Shown piece by piece: positions 11,850 to 26,389 of a stretch of 64,000 nucleotides of DNA. Both the position numbers and the translations under genes were made by a program. The stretch comes from Eledone cirrhosa (Eukaryota). The stretch's first letter is position 1; every line of letters begins with the position of its first letter. The notes beneath the pieces were generated by a model that worked only from the letters and a program-made list of their open reading frames with translations, searched no databases and was not told where the DNA came from. Location of the stretch: assembly GCA_964016885.1 (NCBI GenBank), contig OZ024740.1, positions 69,502,001 through 69,566,000 of the forward strand. Direction: 5' to 3'.

Positions 11850-12315
11850 TCTAAGAGGGTCGTAGGGGAAGAGTCCTTCTCAAACACTCCTACCAGCGAG
11901 TTGTCAGCAGCAAACATTTCTAACTGATCCAGCTGGATCCCAAAGCGAGACCAGCCTAGCTGATGGATGTTATCCAACCATCTTAATCAGGGCCTATATC
12001 TGGGTCTCTTGCCGGTTGGTTTCGCCTGTAAAATCTGACCAGCGATTCTTTCCTAAAACATTCTAACTACAAACCCATAGTATCGGAGCTGTGATCTCTC
12101 AATTCTGAGAGGTAGTGGCTCTACCAGGAGTGACTCTCTGATCTCCGAGCTACGCATTTTATCGAGTAACCTTACTCCAGAGACCCTTCGTAGGAATCCC
12201 ATTTCGGCCGCTTGTATTTACAATTGTATTCTTTCGGTCATTACCCAAGATTCATGACCCTCGGTAAGGGTTGGCAGGAATACGATGAAGATAGCGAGTT
12301 TGGCTTTACACCAAC
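11850..12315 (-). pseudogene. RTE-clade LINE 3' fragment
   Basis: Translates to LPTLTEGHESWVMTER..QAAEMGFLRRVSG...SQLRYYG..RM...GKRPRYRP..RWLDNI. Confidence 0.8.
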
Positions 12316-12329
12316 CTTACTTCTTACCT

Positions 12330-13100
12330 GATCATTGTTTTGGGGGTCCGTATGGCATGGGTCCACCCAATCCACCTTCCCATAGGAGTCTTTTTTGCTG
12401 TTGAGGTTATGGTGGGGTGTCTACCTCATATGGGTCTACTGGGGAAGAAACGCCTAATGTCATGGTCTGTCTAGGTACACGGTGTCATAGGTAAGTCTAA
12501 ATAGGAGGCCCAGTTCATATGACTCGACGTCGCAGAACTCCACCTCACTCTCACTGATCATCTCCACACATTTTCCCACAGTAAAATCAATGTTAATGGA
12601 TGGGTATAGTGATACCACGTCCATAATGCCTATTATGCAGTTAGATAGGTTTTTGTTTTTGTTGCACTCATTGATTCTGCTGAGGAGGTCGTCTGTACTG
12701 TCACACATACATCTGGGGACATCTTCATTATGAGGCGTATAACCATTGAGAAGAAGTAGGAGATCCTGTAGTTGCTAGCGATATTGGCCCCGCATACAGG
12801 TCTTGTTGGTGGTCCTGTTGTCGGGTCGTCGACTGTCTTATGGTGTTTGCGGAGCACATACAAGGGCGGTATGTCATTGTTTGACGCCTGGAAGTTGTTG
12901 GCAGTGCGTCTGCTTGGCTTTAGGATGTCAGTCCACATCATCATGTGAACGTTGAGGATCTTCTCTCTCCCCTCATGTGTTTGTTGTGTAATTTCGCTCG
13001 TGCTGGTGAGGTGGGGTTGCAGAACCTTGATGTAGTTCGGCATGCTGTCTATCGACATCCTACCAGACTTATCTGTGGGTAGACACACTACCTCACCATC
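12330..13100 (-). pseudogene. Penelope-like element RT N-terminal fragment
   Basis: PTDKSG, IPPLYVLRKHHK, RPVCGA and MDVVSLYPSI motifs across a frameshift. Confidence 0.88.
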
Positions 13101-13371
13101 CATTGTGGGCTGCTTGAGGCTAACTAAGCCTTCTACAGGTTTCCTTCCAAGTTGTTGGAACTCTGGTCTGCTTTGCCTCTTAGTATATTTGTCTAATCTT
13201 ATTTCTAGCTATGGTGAACTGTGCCTCTCTCTAGTCATCTATTTGTTGTGGTATACAAACCCTTTTATTAAAGGGTAACCACGTTGGATAGATTTTATTC
13301 ATCTTATAATTTTTGTCAGCTGGGTTGAAGAATATTTTTTCTAAGGGGGTGTCATTATATCTATCGTCATA

Positions 13372-13560
13372 GGGCGGTGAATTGGCAGTATCGGTAGATG
13401 GTGGGACGCGATGCTTTCTAGGATGGTTACGTCCCCTTACAGTATGAGTTCAAATCCCGCCGAGGTTAATTTGCCTTTCATCCTTACGGGGTCGATAAAA
13501 TAAAGTACCAGTAATGTATTGGATGATTGCTGGCCTTGTGCCTAAAGTAGAAACAATTAT
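13372..13560 (+). mobile_element. tRNA-derived SINE family 1 (Meta-domain-like core) with 19-bp TSD
   Basis: A box tggcagtatcgg, B box gagttcaaatcc, core ttgcctttcatccttacggggtcgataaaataaagtaccag. TSD attatatctatcgtcatag at 13354-13372 and 13556-13574. Confidence 0.9.
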
Positions 13561-13769
13561 ATCTATCGTCATAGTTGTGTGTGTTGCTATTATTGTTGTT
13601 ATGGTTGTTGTTGTTCCTACCATTAACATTATAATTATTGTTATGATTCTTAGATGTATTGTTGTTTGCTGTATTGTTATTGTTGTTGTTACTGTTTTTT
13701 CTACCATTGTGGTTGTTACTTTTATTATTATGTTTCTTGTTTTGTTGTTGTTGTTGTTGTGCCTGTTAG

Positions 13770-13999
13770 ACTATATGTGTGTTTATATCTGTATTTTTGA
13801 CCGTTGGTGAGTCAATAATAAACATTGAGGACCAAATAAATTAACTGTGGAGATATAAAAGATACAGAAGCGAAAACTAACCAAACAGTGAGTGTGTTCT
13901 GTTATTATTTCTGGCAATATTATTACAACAATATGACCCTCCCCAAGTGTATCAATATTTGTTTCGACACACAATTTCATATCAAAAACCTCGTAAAAC
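13770..13999 (+). mobile_element. 3' terminal (pLTR) fragment of the PLE family seen at 26390-27945
   Basis: Reverse complement of 26390-26590 (ccaaacagtgagtgtgttctgttatta..tctggcaatatt..atatgaccctccccaagt). Ends in (TA)n. A further scrap lies at 33538-33592. Confidence 0.8.
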
Positions 14000-14026
14000 A
14001 TATATATATATATATATATATATATA

Positions 14027-16545
14027 CTAGTAGAAGTACTCGGCGTTGCCCGGGTGTAAGTCGACCTTTGGTCTGTTAGAATGTGTGAAAGTTACTTCCC
14101 GCGCATCACAGGTTCAAAACTTCGAACTTCAATGAAAAAAACATAGGTTAGTAGACACAGGTGTGTAATTTATTAATTGTAGTTACACAGTGTATTGTTG
14201 AAATTGCTCTCTGCACGACTGACGGAAGTCAAAATCGCTTGATATTGAATGTTCAGTTAATTTAAAGCAGGGTGAAAATGTCGATTACTTTCAGGGTTTT
14301 TTTTGTTTACAATTTTTTCGCTCACATGTGCAGAAGAAGAATTTAAAGGGCCTTTATCTTAACCGCTTCATAATGGCGAGTCTTTTGTGACAGTTTTCAA
14401 TAATATAGGACGTTCCTGTAAAAAGTTTTCCCATGTGTAACTTTGCCTTGTATTTTTGCGCAAAGTCGAGCCCCGCTTCAGTTTTATTGATTTTTTACAT
14501 CAATGCGTGATCTCTGAAGTAGATTTGAGTAGCTATAAAAGTGTCCCGGCAAATTAGCTATAGGTGAAAAAAAGTTGATCAAAATTGTATCGAGGGTTAT
14601 TGCCCTTTGCCACAGCCTCAAGCCTCGTCTGACGGGATGTTGGTGATTCCTCCGTCAGCGCTTATTGGCGACGAAGGCGAACATCAGAAAGCCTTGTCGT
14701 ACGTGATGTTGGTGACTAAACCAGCCGGGAAAGACGTCTATCAGCGAGTCGATATTCGCGCTCAGCAGGTGTTTCCTAGAGAAAATTAATTAATTCTGCT
14801 GTTTAGCTAAGCCAATGGCAGTGTCAATAGTAAATGAGAAAAGTCTAACATGAACAAAAGGGAATCAAGGTAAGACAATAAATTTAATATAACTACAATT
14901 AGAATGTTGTAGTTGCTTAAAAGTTCGTGATAGTTAGGATAAACGCAGTACTTGCTAACATTAAGGGAGAATATTGCATAAAGGATTAATCAATTGTGAA
15001 TGAACTCATACCTGAGAACGCCTAATTCGTTGTCTCAAAGCAATAGCTGTACCTTTTTTGAAGGTAAGTCTTGAACGTTTCCGTGTGAGCATAACGACGT
15101 GTAACGAGGCTGTTAGGTTAGAGAGAGGTGATTAAATACAGAGAGAGATGACACCAGATTCGTTAGCATGGTTACTGGTGAATGGGAAGGTTTGGAAATA
15201 TGATTACAAAAACTTACCTAATTTTGCCGTCTATAAATTGCACTTAAAATAATTAAATTTAATCAAAAAACAGCTCTGCGCTTTATACTCCGGTGAGCCT
15301 TATGTGTAAATAATACAATGGTAATCAATCACGGCTCGAACAGAAGTAATAGATCTAGAATAAAAGTAAAGAAGATAGCATTTTCTGGTTGGCCTTACAC
15401 GCCGTTGCGCGGACCTGATTTTAAATGATACGCCTTATATCCTGGTGAGCCTTATAGAGCGGAAAATATCTATTGGAAAAGAATACGAATTCATGACCAA
15501 GGTGTGACAAAATAGGCGTCTATACAGCACCTGAAACAAACTTGTCCAAAACCCTAGGATTTTTCTCGTTAAGTATCCACCCAAAAGGAACCGTTTTTTA
15601 GTTACAAAAAATTACCAAAGTGTATAGTAGCTATATTTCTGACATATCATGCCAAAAAGAACAATATATTCAAAAAATGTTCTAAAGTACATTCAATCTC
15701 TCTTTTTGACCGATATCTTAATAAGCAAGTTATCGATTTTTTATTGGCTGTCAGTGTCTATCTGCATGCAGGTGTGCACGTGTGCACAATTAATTGCAAA
15801 TACGCTCATAACATTTAGTCGTAAGCAGAACAAAAAATGCCATTAGAGGTGGGCTAATAATGAAGACACAAACCCTGGTGAACTTACGTTTAAACACCCG
15901 AAAAGTTACTCACTTCCTGTGCAAAAGACTGTATTATAAATTAAGTAATTTTTTAGAATCTTTTGTTTAAAAAATGAAAACATTGGTACGACGTAAATTT
16001 TTTTACTTGTATTGTATGTGTACAACACAACTTGGTCAACGTATTATTTAGTAATTTTTTTTTCAAAAAGCATGATTATTTAAGACTGTTTGAAAATTTA
16101 CTCATAGCTTTTAGGTTCACAAAAGACACCATTAAATTTGGTTCCCTTTTCAGATAGGGATAATACTGTATTTCCACTTGAATAAGGTGGAATATGAAAA
16201 GAGAAACTCTTTAATGGTCGGTCGTTTACTGAGACAGCTGGAAAGACATGCAGCTGGCCGTCCAATCAATAACGCACGTCCTTATATGGGCATTTGAAAT
16301 TTATTTTTATTGCGCCAGATGTAAACTAAGAGTTCTTGTGTTCGAATTCACATAAAATTTCATTGGAATCGAAAAATATTCTGTCATAGGGCCCGATTAT
16401 CGATTTTTCGAAAATTTCAAGTAACCTATTCCACTCTACGCGTTGAGTTTTATATATGTGTAAGGTTTCATGAAAATTGAATGAACGGTGTAGCCTGCAA
16501 GTTCGGTACACTAAACAATGTCCATCTTCCCTTTATATATATAGA
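14027..16545 (-). mobile_element. Non-autonomous Helitron (~2.5 kb)
   Basis: Minus strand begins A|TCTATATATATAAAGGG and ends CCCGGGCAACGCCGAGTACTTCTA-CTAG|T. No Rep/helicase recognised inside. Confidence 0.8.
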
Positions 16546-16549
16546 TATA

Positions 16550-16834
16550 TAACCAAAGATTAATATGGTTCGTTGATTAATCAACGAATACAATTTTACA
16601 ATAGATTAGAAGCACTCGACAAGAGATTCTCCTGGAGTATTTAATATTATTCAAAATGTTAATAAATGAAAAATATTCTCATAATCAAAATATATATTTT
16701 AGTATACATATTTCAAAGGTACAATAGTGTTTAAGTACGTTTTCATCAGACAAAATATTGTACCTTTGAAATATATATAATAAAATATATATTTTGATTA
16801 TGAGAATATTTTTCATTTATTAACATATTGAATA

Positions 16835-16838
<4 letters not shown>
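16550..16838. mobile_element. Family C-like fold-back element: complete hammerhead at 16695-16757 (-), right arm truncated inside stem II
   Basis: UAUUUUGU-CUGAUGA-AAACGUAC..GUACCUUU-GAA-AUAUGUAU-A^CUAAAAUA. Arms ~16647-16726 and ~16756-16837. Confidence 0.82.
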
Positions 16839-16933
<95 letters not shown>

Positions 16934-17462
16934 AGGAGAGAGAGAGAGAGGGAGAGATAGGGGAGGGAGTAAGAAAAATGTTTTTAATCAATTGAGACTT
17001 TCCTCGCAATTTCAAGATCGAAATTTCCTTTAATTGTGTTCAAGTAGAGACGCAAGCAACTGCGAGATATTTAGTCTGTGCTGGAACAATATAAAAATAT
17101 ACGCTGAGAGTGAACCTTATCGATATATCTACTTGGTGAATATAACCGACATATTTCCATCTTACAAGATCGCTGCAAAGCAAATCTCTTTAGTAAATTG
17201 AACAGAGTGGATTTGTCGAGTGAAGATATAAAAAATTGAAAAGAAATGCATACCGCTCCAGTCAAGACCTTTCGCCTCTACAATTTATTAACAGACATAA
17301 CCAGCTGGTAAATTGTTTTCCTTTTTCCTTTAGTCATATTTGTGACGTTAAGTTTTAACTTTTTCTTTCATAAATGGCCTTAATCAGAGTACCTTGTTCG
17401 TGTGATTTGTTATTTGTCGTTTGCAATTGATAAGATTTGAGCATATTATTAAAGCTGGTTTA

Positions 17463-17682
17463 GGGCGGTGGATTGGCAGCATCGGTAGAGTCGGACACCA
17501 TGCTTCTCAGCATAGAGTTGCGGACATTTACAGTCTGAGTTCAAATCCCGTCGAGGTTTACTTTGCATTTCATCCTTATGGGGTCGATAAAATAAAGCAC
17601 CAGTAACGTACTGGGATCGATTTAATCGACTCCCCCCCCCTTCCCCCAAATTACTGACCTTGTGCGTATACTAGAAATCATT
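17463..17682 (+). mobile_element. SINE family 1 with 17-bp TSD
   Basis: Same A/B boxes and core. TSD attattaaagctggttt at 17445-17461 and 17680-17696. Confidence 0.88.
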
Positions 17683-17902
17683 ATTAAAGCTGGTTTGTGG
17701 TTTGGTGCAATGAATGTTGTGTTCTGGTTTATATAGCATTTCAATAAGTTTCTCATTTATTCTGTAGTTAGCATGCAATTGATTCATGTTATACGATTAA
17801 GGTCAATCCTAATGGGTGTAGTATCTGGTGTATTTTTTATTGTATTTGTTCTATGGGTTGACCATAGAACAATGCAATCAACCCTCCCTCTTTCTTTCTC
17901 TC

Positions 17903-17980
<78 letters not shown>

Positions 17981-17997
17981 CATATATATATATATAT

Positions 17998-18195
17998 AAC
18001 GTAGGAATTGGGGTAAGGAACCAGATGGACCATAACGCACCAAAGTACTCAATACTTAGTGTAGTAGAGTGTGTAATAGGAACAAGTATGACCCCGACGG
18101 CAGAGTTCAAGCCGTTTCGACGGCTATTTCTGGACGAGTCATAAATAGCCGTCGAAACGGCTTGAGCTCTGCCGTCGGGGTCATACTTGTTCCTA
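17998..18195. mobile_element. Family B fold-back element carrying the 3' half of a hammerhead in both arms
   Basis: GUC-GAA-ACGGC(UUGAGCUCU)GCCGU-C^GGGGUC. Long left arm, short right arm, (TA)n on the left. Confidence 0.8.
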
Positions 18196-18218
18196 CATTT
18201 TCTTAGCATATATAAATA

Positions 18219-18482
18219 TATATGCTAAAAAAATGTAGAAAGTCTCAAACGTAGAAAAGTTGTACACGGCTTGGAAAATCGGTTAAAATACCACTATATA
18301 CAGGACATGTGGTTAGCTGCGGTTATAGAGATTCAAATGCTGTACCTCTGAAATTCAGTGTAAGATTTTGTGTTTCGGCTACTGGCCACCTTTTCAGTCT
18401 ATAAGGCTATTTTAAACAATTTTCTAACCTGTGTTTACAGGTATCTTCCTACGTTCGAGATTTTCTGCATTGCCTAAGAATA
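18219..18482. mobile_element. Degenerate MITE-like element
   Basis: Imperfect terminal inverted repeats aatgtagaaagtctcaaacgtag / ctacgttcgagattttctgcatt. Confidence 0.5.
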
Positions 18483-18664
18483 TTACTCAATTTTCTCTAT
18501 TATGTTTCCATCCGACTAGTTGAAGGAATGTCTCAGCATTTGAACTCACTCACTCGACGCTCCAATGTTTATGCACAACACAGAAACACACCCACACACC
18601 CACAGACATACATATATAGATGCATACATACATACATACATACATACATGCATACATACATACA

Positions 18665-18700
<36 letters not shown>

Positions 18701-18705
18701 TATAT

Positions 18706-18770
<65 letters not shown>

Positions 18771-18867
18771 CATATATACATATAGATATATATATGCATA
18801 TACATTACAAGCATAATGTTGGTTCGTATATGTAAATTCACACAATCGCGACTTCGGTAACACCTAC

Positions 18868-18931
<64 letters not shown>

Positions 18932-18934
<3 letters not shown>

Positions 18935-19150
18935 CGACGTACAGTGTTTAGGCAACCACGTCACATTTTTGTTCAACACTGACACAGGAACGATGTACTA
19001 GTTTCAAGCTTATTAGCAATCGTCAGCATCGTATACCTTCCTGCCAGATGGTTGAACGTCTGAAAGTATATACTTTCCTTATGCATATTAACGGCTGAGC
19101 AGCCTAATTTGCATATCGAGTGAGTTCAGTCGGCCGTACTACTGTACGTG
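18932..19150 (-). mobile_element. Small HHR element in (TA)n with hammerhead at 18990-19032
   Basis: ACGAUG-CUGACGA-UUGCU(AAUA)AGCUU-GAAA-CUAG-UA^CAUCGU. Octamer ATGCAAAT at 19107-19114. Very short terminal inversion (acgtacagt/actgtacgt). Confidence 0.87.
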
Positions 19151-19190
19151 TGTATACATATATGTATGTACGTATACATACATACATACT

Positions 19191-19234
<44 letters not shown>

Positions 19235-19239
<5 letters not shown>

Positions 19240-21955
19240 GAAAAGACTGTGTTTCTCTTTGTTGAATATACGTCACCAATTTAGAGGAGAAGTATTTAGA
19301 AGTTGGTAAGGTTGCCACGAGGAACCAGGTTTGGTAGAAAGATATGATAGGAATATCGACCACGACTTTAGCTTGTTTTTACATTATTTATTAACAAAGG
19401 TTGAGCTGGCATGCCAAGAGAAATTAAACAAACAAATTAAGATTCCAGAAAGACACGGGCTACTGGCTGAGAGAAGCGTTGCCAGGCCGTGGTTAATTTG
19501 TTGTGTTACATATTGGCTAGTGATTTCACGGCGCAAGAAAAATGGTTGTTTACCTTAGCACGGTCGAAACTGCGAGTCATAGCGTCCTCAAATCTTTGCG
19601 GGCTATTTCTCACTCAGAACGCGTAGGGATACATCTTCTTCTACTGGCGCTGATTGGCTGAGCTGAGCCAAATCACACAGAGAGAATATATGTGAGCCCG
19701 CGGAATGTAGGTCACTACATCACCTCCGAGCAGATTTTTAGCCGAAAATCGTTAACGATGAAGCCGAGGACCCACAGATTATTGAATCAGCAAGAACAAA
19801 TGCTGAAAGAGCACATCAGTGAAAAAATAATTGAGCAGAAAGATGCATGCAAGAAAAAAAAATGAGGCGCGACGAGCCGTGTTGAGCCGCTGTCAAATGA
19901 CTAGCTGTTTTGTAGTTTATACGTGACCAGCAAAGATCTACTAGAAAACAGATAAAGTCTGACATGGGCGAAGTTGCTGTTCTTGCATTAAATGTTAATG
20001 GTAAGTGTTGTACCAGTAGCTGTGAACGAAGCTATTATGGTAGTTTACCAGTGCTGGCAAGAAGATGATGGGTAGGCGAGAAAATGTTGGCCTCCCAGAT
20101 GTATTGCCGAATGTGCTAGGGAGCCAGGAAAAAATGGCTGGCTGCTTTGATAAGAAAAAAAGCAAGTTTAATCTGTAGGTGGGCTGCAATGCCACAATTC
20201 GGGCGAATCCACAGAAGTGGTGGAAATGCTGACAAGTCCAGTTCCATTTGTTGTTTTCCCGGTGAGTTGGGTATAATAACAAGATAGAGGTTGTTATGGA
20301 CGATGAATGTGCAACGAGATGCGAAACTGTTTGAGTTCAGCTGCAATTAGCATTTCGTGTTGCGGTGCAGGTGATTAAGCTGCAAGTGTCTATAGCATGT
20401 TTTGGTACCTCCAGAAGGTGAAAAGGGAACTCGCAGAATATTACGACGCTTGAAGATCATATACTATAGACAACAACATGTTGGTGTGTGTATATATGCA
20501 GGCATGTAATACAGCAAAGAAAATGTGTGCGTGCGGTCACATATACAATGCTAGAGAGAAATGTACATATAATACAGTTTTTAAAAAAATAAATGTCCAA
20601 AATAAATGCCTGAAAAAAAAAGAAAGAAAGAAAGAATTGTTTCTTTTCTTTTCACAAAAAGTTCGCTTCATTTTTCTTTGAGAACGCTCTTACTAGGGAG
20701 CTAGTAGAGTTGTTTTTGTTGTTAAAGCAAAGTCACAATGAATCTTCTGTAGAGTCAAAGTTTAGCGTTAAAGAACGCAGAGTCACCAATATGGCAGCCA
20801 CGTCTGACGCCATAATGGTGAGAAAACTAATGTCTTAATTTCTCGAGTCCTTGTGGTAACGAGACAGAAGGTATGGTGGTTGCGTCGGTAAAGTTACAAG
20901 CCGTTTCCTGGTATTGGTTAATAGTTAACCATGTGTTGTTGCTGATGGGTGGTACTTGGTGGTAGGCGTTTTGAAATTTCCTCGTGGCGTAAAGTTGTTG
21001 AAATACTGCTAATTTTTTTTCAAAAAATATTCTAAAGAAAATTTGAAAATATTCTAAAGAAAAAAAATTATTTTCCATGATGGCCGATCGAAAAATGTGT
21101 CCGTGATGAAGAAGCCGTCATGTGGCACGATGCAGCAAATCAGATGGCTGGGATTGAAGAAGACAAGCTGAACGCGGGAAAACAACATTTCTGAGTCTCC
21201 ATTTGTAATTTCAACAGAACGCCGAACGCAAAATTCCACATCCAGAGAAATCCTTTTTCTTTTAATTAATTCTTTTTGTGTTGTATTTTTGTGTTTGTCT
21301 GTATGCGTGCTTCAACAAATGGAATATTATGAATTTTATGGACTTACGCTAAGTGAGTCTAGCTACCCGATTCCAACATTCCAAATGTTAAGCCATTCCA
21401 CATTGCCGTTAAAACGAATGGCGAATTCAAATAGGCTGCGTTTTCATTCTTAATCATCGAGGCTCGCCAATAAAGGAAAATATTGTGTTTCTCTTTGTTG
21501 AATATAAGTCACCAATTTAGCGGAGAAGTATTTAGAAGTTGGTAAGGTTGCCACGAGGAACCAGGTTTGGTAGAAAGATATGATAGGAATATCGACCACG
21601 ACTTTAGCTTGTTTTTACATTGTTTATTAACAAAGGTTGAGCTGGCATGCCAAGAGAAATTAAACAAACGAATTAAAATTCCAGAAAGACACGGGCTACT
21701 GGCTGAGAGAAGCATTGCCAGGCCGTGGTTAAATTGTTGTGTTACATACTGGCTAGTGATTTCACGGCGCAAGAAAAATGGTTGTTTACCTTAGCACGGT
21801 CGAAGCTGCGAGTCATAGCGTCCTCAAATCTTTGCGGGCTATTTCTCCCTCAGAACGCGTAGGGATACATGCTCTTCTACTGGCGCTGATTGGCTGAGCT
21901 GAGCCAAATCACGCACAGAGAATGTATGTGAGCCCGCGGAATGTAGATCACTACA
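19235..21955 (-). mobile_element. Non-autonomous LTR retrotransposon (485-bp LTRs at 19235-19719 and 21471-21955) inserted in (TA)n
   Basis: LTRs ~96% identical by eye count, starting TGTAG on the - strand. PBS TGGCGAGCC at 21461-21469. Purine tract GGAGGTGA before the 3' LTR. No pol. Confidence 0.9.
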
Positions 21956-22019
21956 TATATATACATATATATATATATATACACATATACACATATACAC
22001 ATATACATATATACATAGT

Positions 22020-23152
22020 ATTAAGGATACAATTTATGGTTATGTATATAATAAAACCTTATATAATTATATATATTTTAAACCCTAAATAGTGAAAGAC
22101 AGTAATTCATTACTATCTTATTACCAGTAAGATAAATAGCTCAATGTAATAACATCAGTTGTTTTACAGAGCAGTTATATAGAAATTGCATGAATCAAAG
22201 TTCAGTTTAAATCATTTATTTGCTTACAATTGTTTCCTCCAAACCGAGGTTTGGTTTCTTCGGAGCAACTATTTAGTGATTTTTACGTACTTGACCTCCT
22301 TTTCAAGACAAGAGACATATAAAAACATATGTATATATTGATCCACAGTGGGTTGACATCCATCATAATAATATAATAATATGGCAATTTACATACATTC
22401 ATATTAAAGGACAAAATTAAAGTTAAAATTAAATAAAAATAAATAAAAATAAAAATAAAACATTGGCAGTTTATGAAGATAAAGCAAGAGGAAAGTTTAG
22501 AGTAGTCAGTGTACGAAACAGTCTCACGTGTGGCATGCACGCGTGTCTTATTTATACAGTATTATAGTGCGGCAGATTGATACATGTAAAACAAGCAGTT
22601 AAAGCAGGCAATCAATAGCATCATGGGGTCTGTATTGTTAAAGCATTTTTCACACACACCTGTACGACATATACGTGTAAGCCCGTTTGTAGAGAAACAC
22701 CAAAAATATAACAAATGTAACAAATGAGAAGCAAATCAGCACCACTGTGCTCGCACCCACCACCACTCACACAATCCAGGAAACGCAATTTATAAACTAC
22801 ATGTCCATTATACAATCCATGATGATTCGACATTGGGTGTCCGGTTACCCATGATACACTTCGATTCATAGATCAGGCTGTTTTATTTATTTTAATTTTA
22901 ATTTTAACTTTAATTTTGTCCTTTAATATGAATGTATGTAAATTGCCATATTATTATATTATTATGATGGATGTCAACCCACTGTGGGTCAATATATACA
23001 TATGTTTTTATATGTCTCTTGTGTTGAAAAGGAGGTCAAGTACGTAAAAATCACTAAATAGTTGCTCCGAAGAAACCAAACCTCGGTTTGGAGGAAACAA
23101 TTATAAGCAAATAAATGATTTAAGCTGAACTTTGATTCGTGTAATTTCTATA
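22020..23152. mobile_element. Fold-back element with hammerheads at 22220-22268 (-) and 23062-23110 (+), both with CCGAAGA core
   Basis: UUGCU-CCGAAGA-AACCAAAC(CUCG)GUUUGGAG-GAAA-CAAUUG-UA^AGCAA. Arms ~22178-22465 and ~22880-23152. (TA)n on both sides. Confidence 0.85.
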
Positions 23153-23221
23153 CATATATACATATATACATATATACATATATACATATATACATATATA
23201 TATACACACATATACATATAC

Positions 23222-23405
<184 letters not shown>

Positions 23406-23430
23406 ATAGAGGTGTAACACACAAGTTATT

Positions 23431-23900
23431 ATATATTGGTAAACGGAATAGAAATTGCTGACAAATTGTTCACAGTTGAAAAATGGTTTAATTAGGAATA
23501 AAAGAGTATTAGTGATTGTATGGGTTAGTATTCAGTTGTGGTTTTAAGTTTTTAAGTTTTTACCGGTTGCGCATTTCTAAATGCTTTTCAAAAATAATTT
23601 TGAGATAGAGTGTCCGTGCTGTTTGCTCTGATCTGATTAGTTTTGGGAATTCTACCTGTTTTTATGTTATTAACATAAAAACAGGTAGAATTCCCAAAAC
23701 TAATCAGATCAGAGCAAACAGCACGGACACTCTATCTCAAAATTATTTTTGAAAAGCATTTAGAAATGCGCAACCGGTAAAAACTTAAAAACTTAAAACC
23801 ACAACTGAATACTAACCCATACAATCACTAATACTCTTTTATTCCTAATTAAACCATTTTTCAACTGTGAACAATTTGTCAGCATTTTCTATTCCGTTTA

Positions 23901-23909
<9 letters not shown>
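23431..23909. repeat. Near-perfect ~240-bp-arm palindrome with 1-nt loop between (TA)n tracts
   Basis: Centre tgtta-t-taaca at 23670. One mismatch seen near the outer ends. No HHR found. Confidence 0.95.
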
Positions 23910-23965
<56 letters not shown>

Positions 23966-24972
23966 ATATGTATATATGTATATATGGATATATGTATTTA
24001 TGTATGTATGTATGTATGTATGTATATATGTATATATATATATATTTGTGAATTTTTATTGTGTGAATTTACATATACGAACCAACATTATGCTTGTAAC
24101 AAACTTTTGTATTACACTTTACAAGATGCGATTGCTTGTAGGTTCATATAATAAGCAATGAATACATACACTAGGGATTATATAGGACTGATTAATTAGG
24201 AATTCTGAACAATAACCTCGCAAGAACATACTGAGATTCATTCACAAGAAGGTTTAATTACTATATTTACTGATATCGTATATCTCAAACTCAGGGAATT
24301 CTGTCCAGGGAAATGCCTACCACTTATATTACCTTATCAATTTCCTTTCAACGTCCCTGTCTTCATCCTTCCTTTCTATATCCCGTTGACAGTTTGTCGT
24401 TCGTTATGGCTTTTGTTACTATTAATCTATGGAACGTATGTTACCTGTTGCATTTTTCCTTTCCGTCATTGCATTAGCACGAAGGTTTAGTGAAAAGAAA
24501 TCTCGGGAATATATATCAACACTGCTCTAAATTTATAAAGAAAACAAAGCGTGTCTAAGAACGTTCTATGTAGTTCTATCTCCAAGAAGCCAAGCATTTC
24601 ACTAAAGGGCACGAGGTGAAATGTTATAATCTATTTTGATTCTTCGTAGCAAAGAAATGTTCTAAGATATTTAATTGATTTATTGGTTGTACTTAAATCA
24701 TTTTGAATGACTTGAGCAGTGCCGCAATATCTCTCTTTAGATTTCATTGCAACTAATTGAGGTATTGCAATATATTAATTACTAGTGAATACACATATAA
24801 ATTGGGATATTGTTTCAAAATTGGTAACATGAAATACAAATAATATTTCTTGTAGGAAGATTTATATATCGAGATACCTGTAACGTGATCTCATCTATTA
24901 CGTTTCAACACGTTGAATATATTTTCCTTTGCATTATTCACTGCCCTATCTCCGTGCAGCAATCCATGAAAT

Positions 24973-25106
24973 AGTCTAGAAATAGCCGTCGAAACGGCTT
25001 GAGCTCTGCGGTTGGGATCATACTTTTTCCTATTACCCACTCTACTACCCTAAGTATTGAGTACTCTGGTGTGTTATGGTCCATCTGGTTCCTTACCACA
25101 ATTCCT

Positions 25107-25109
<3 letters not shown>
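24973..25109 (+). mobile_element. Family B element, single long arm ending in (TA)n
   Basis: agaaatagccgtcgaaacggcttgagctc...ccttaccacaattccttcg|atata. Confidence 0.82.
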
Positions 25110-25149
<40 letters not shown>

Positions 25150-25211
25150 AAGTTAAATAAAAGTCAAATGATTAAAATTTAGCTTCGTTTATTACTGCTA
25201 ATATATAAACT

Positions 25212-26181
<970 letters not shown>

Positions 26182-26192
26182 TATATATATAT

Positions 26193-26383
<191 letters not shown>

Positions 26384-26389
26384 TATATA

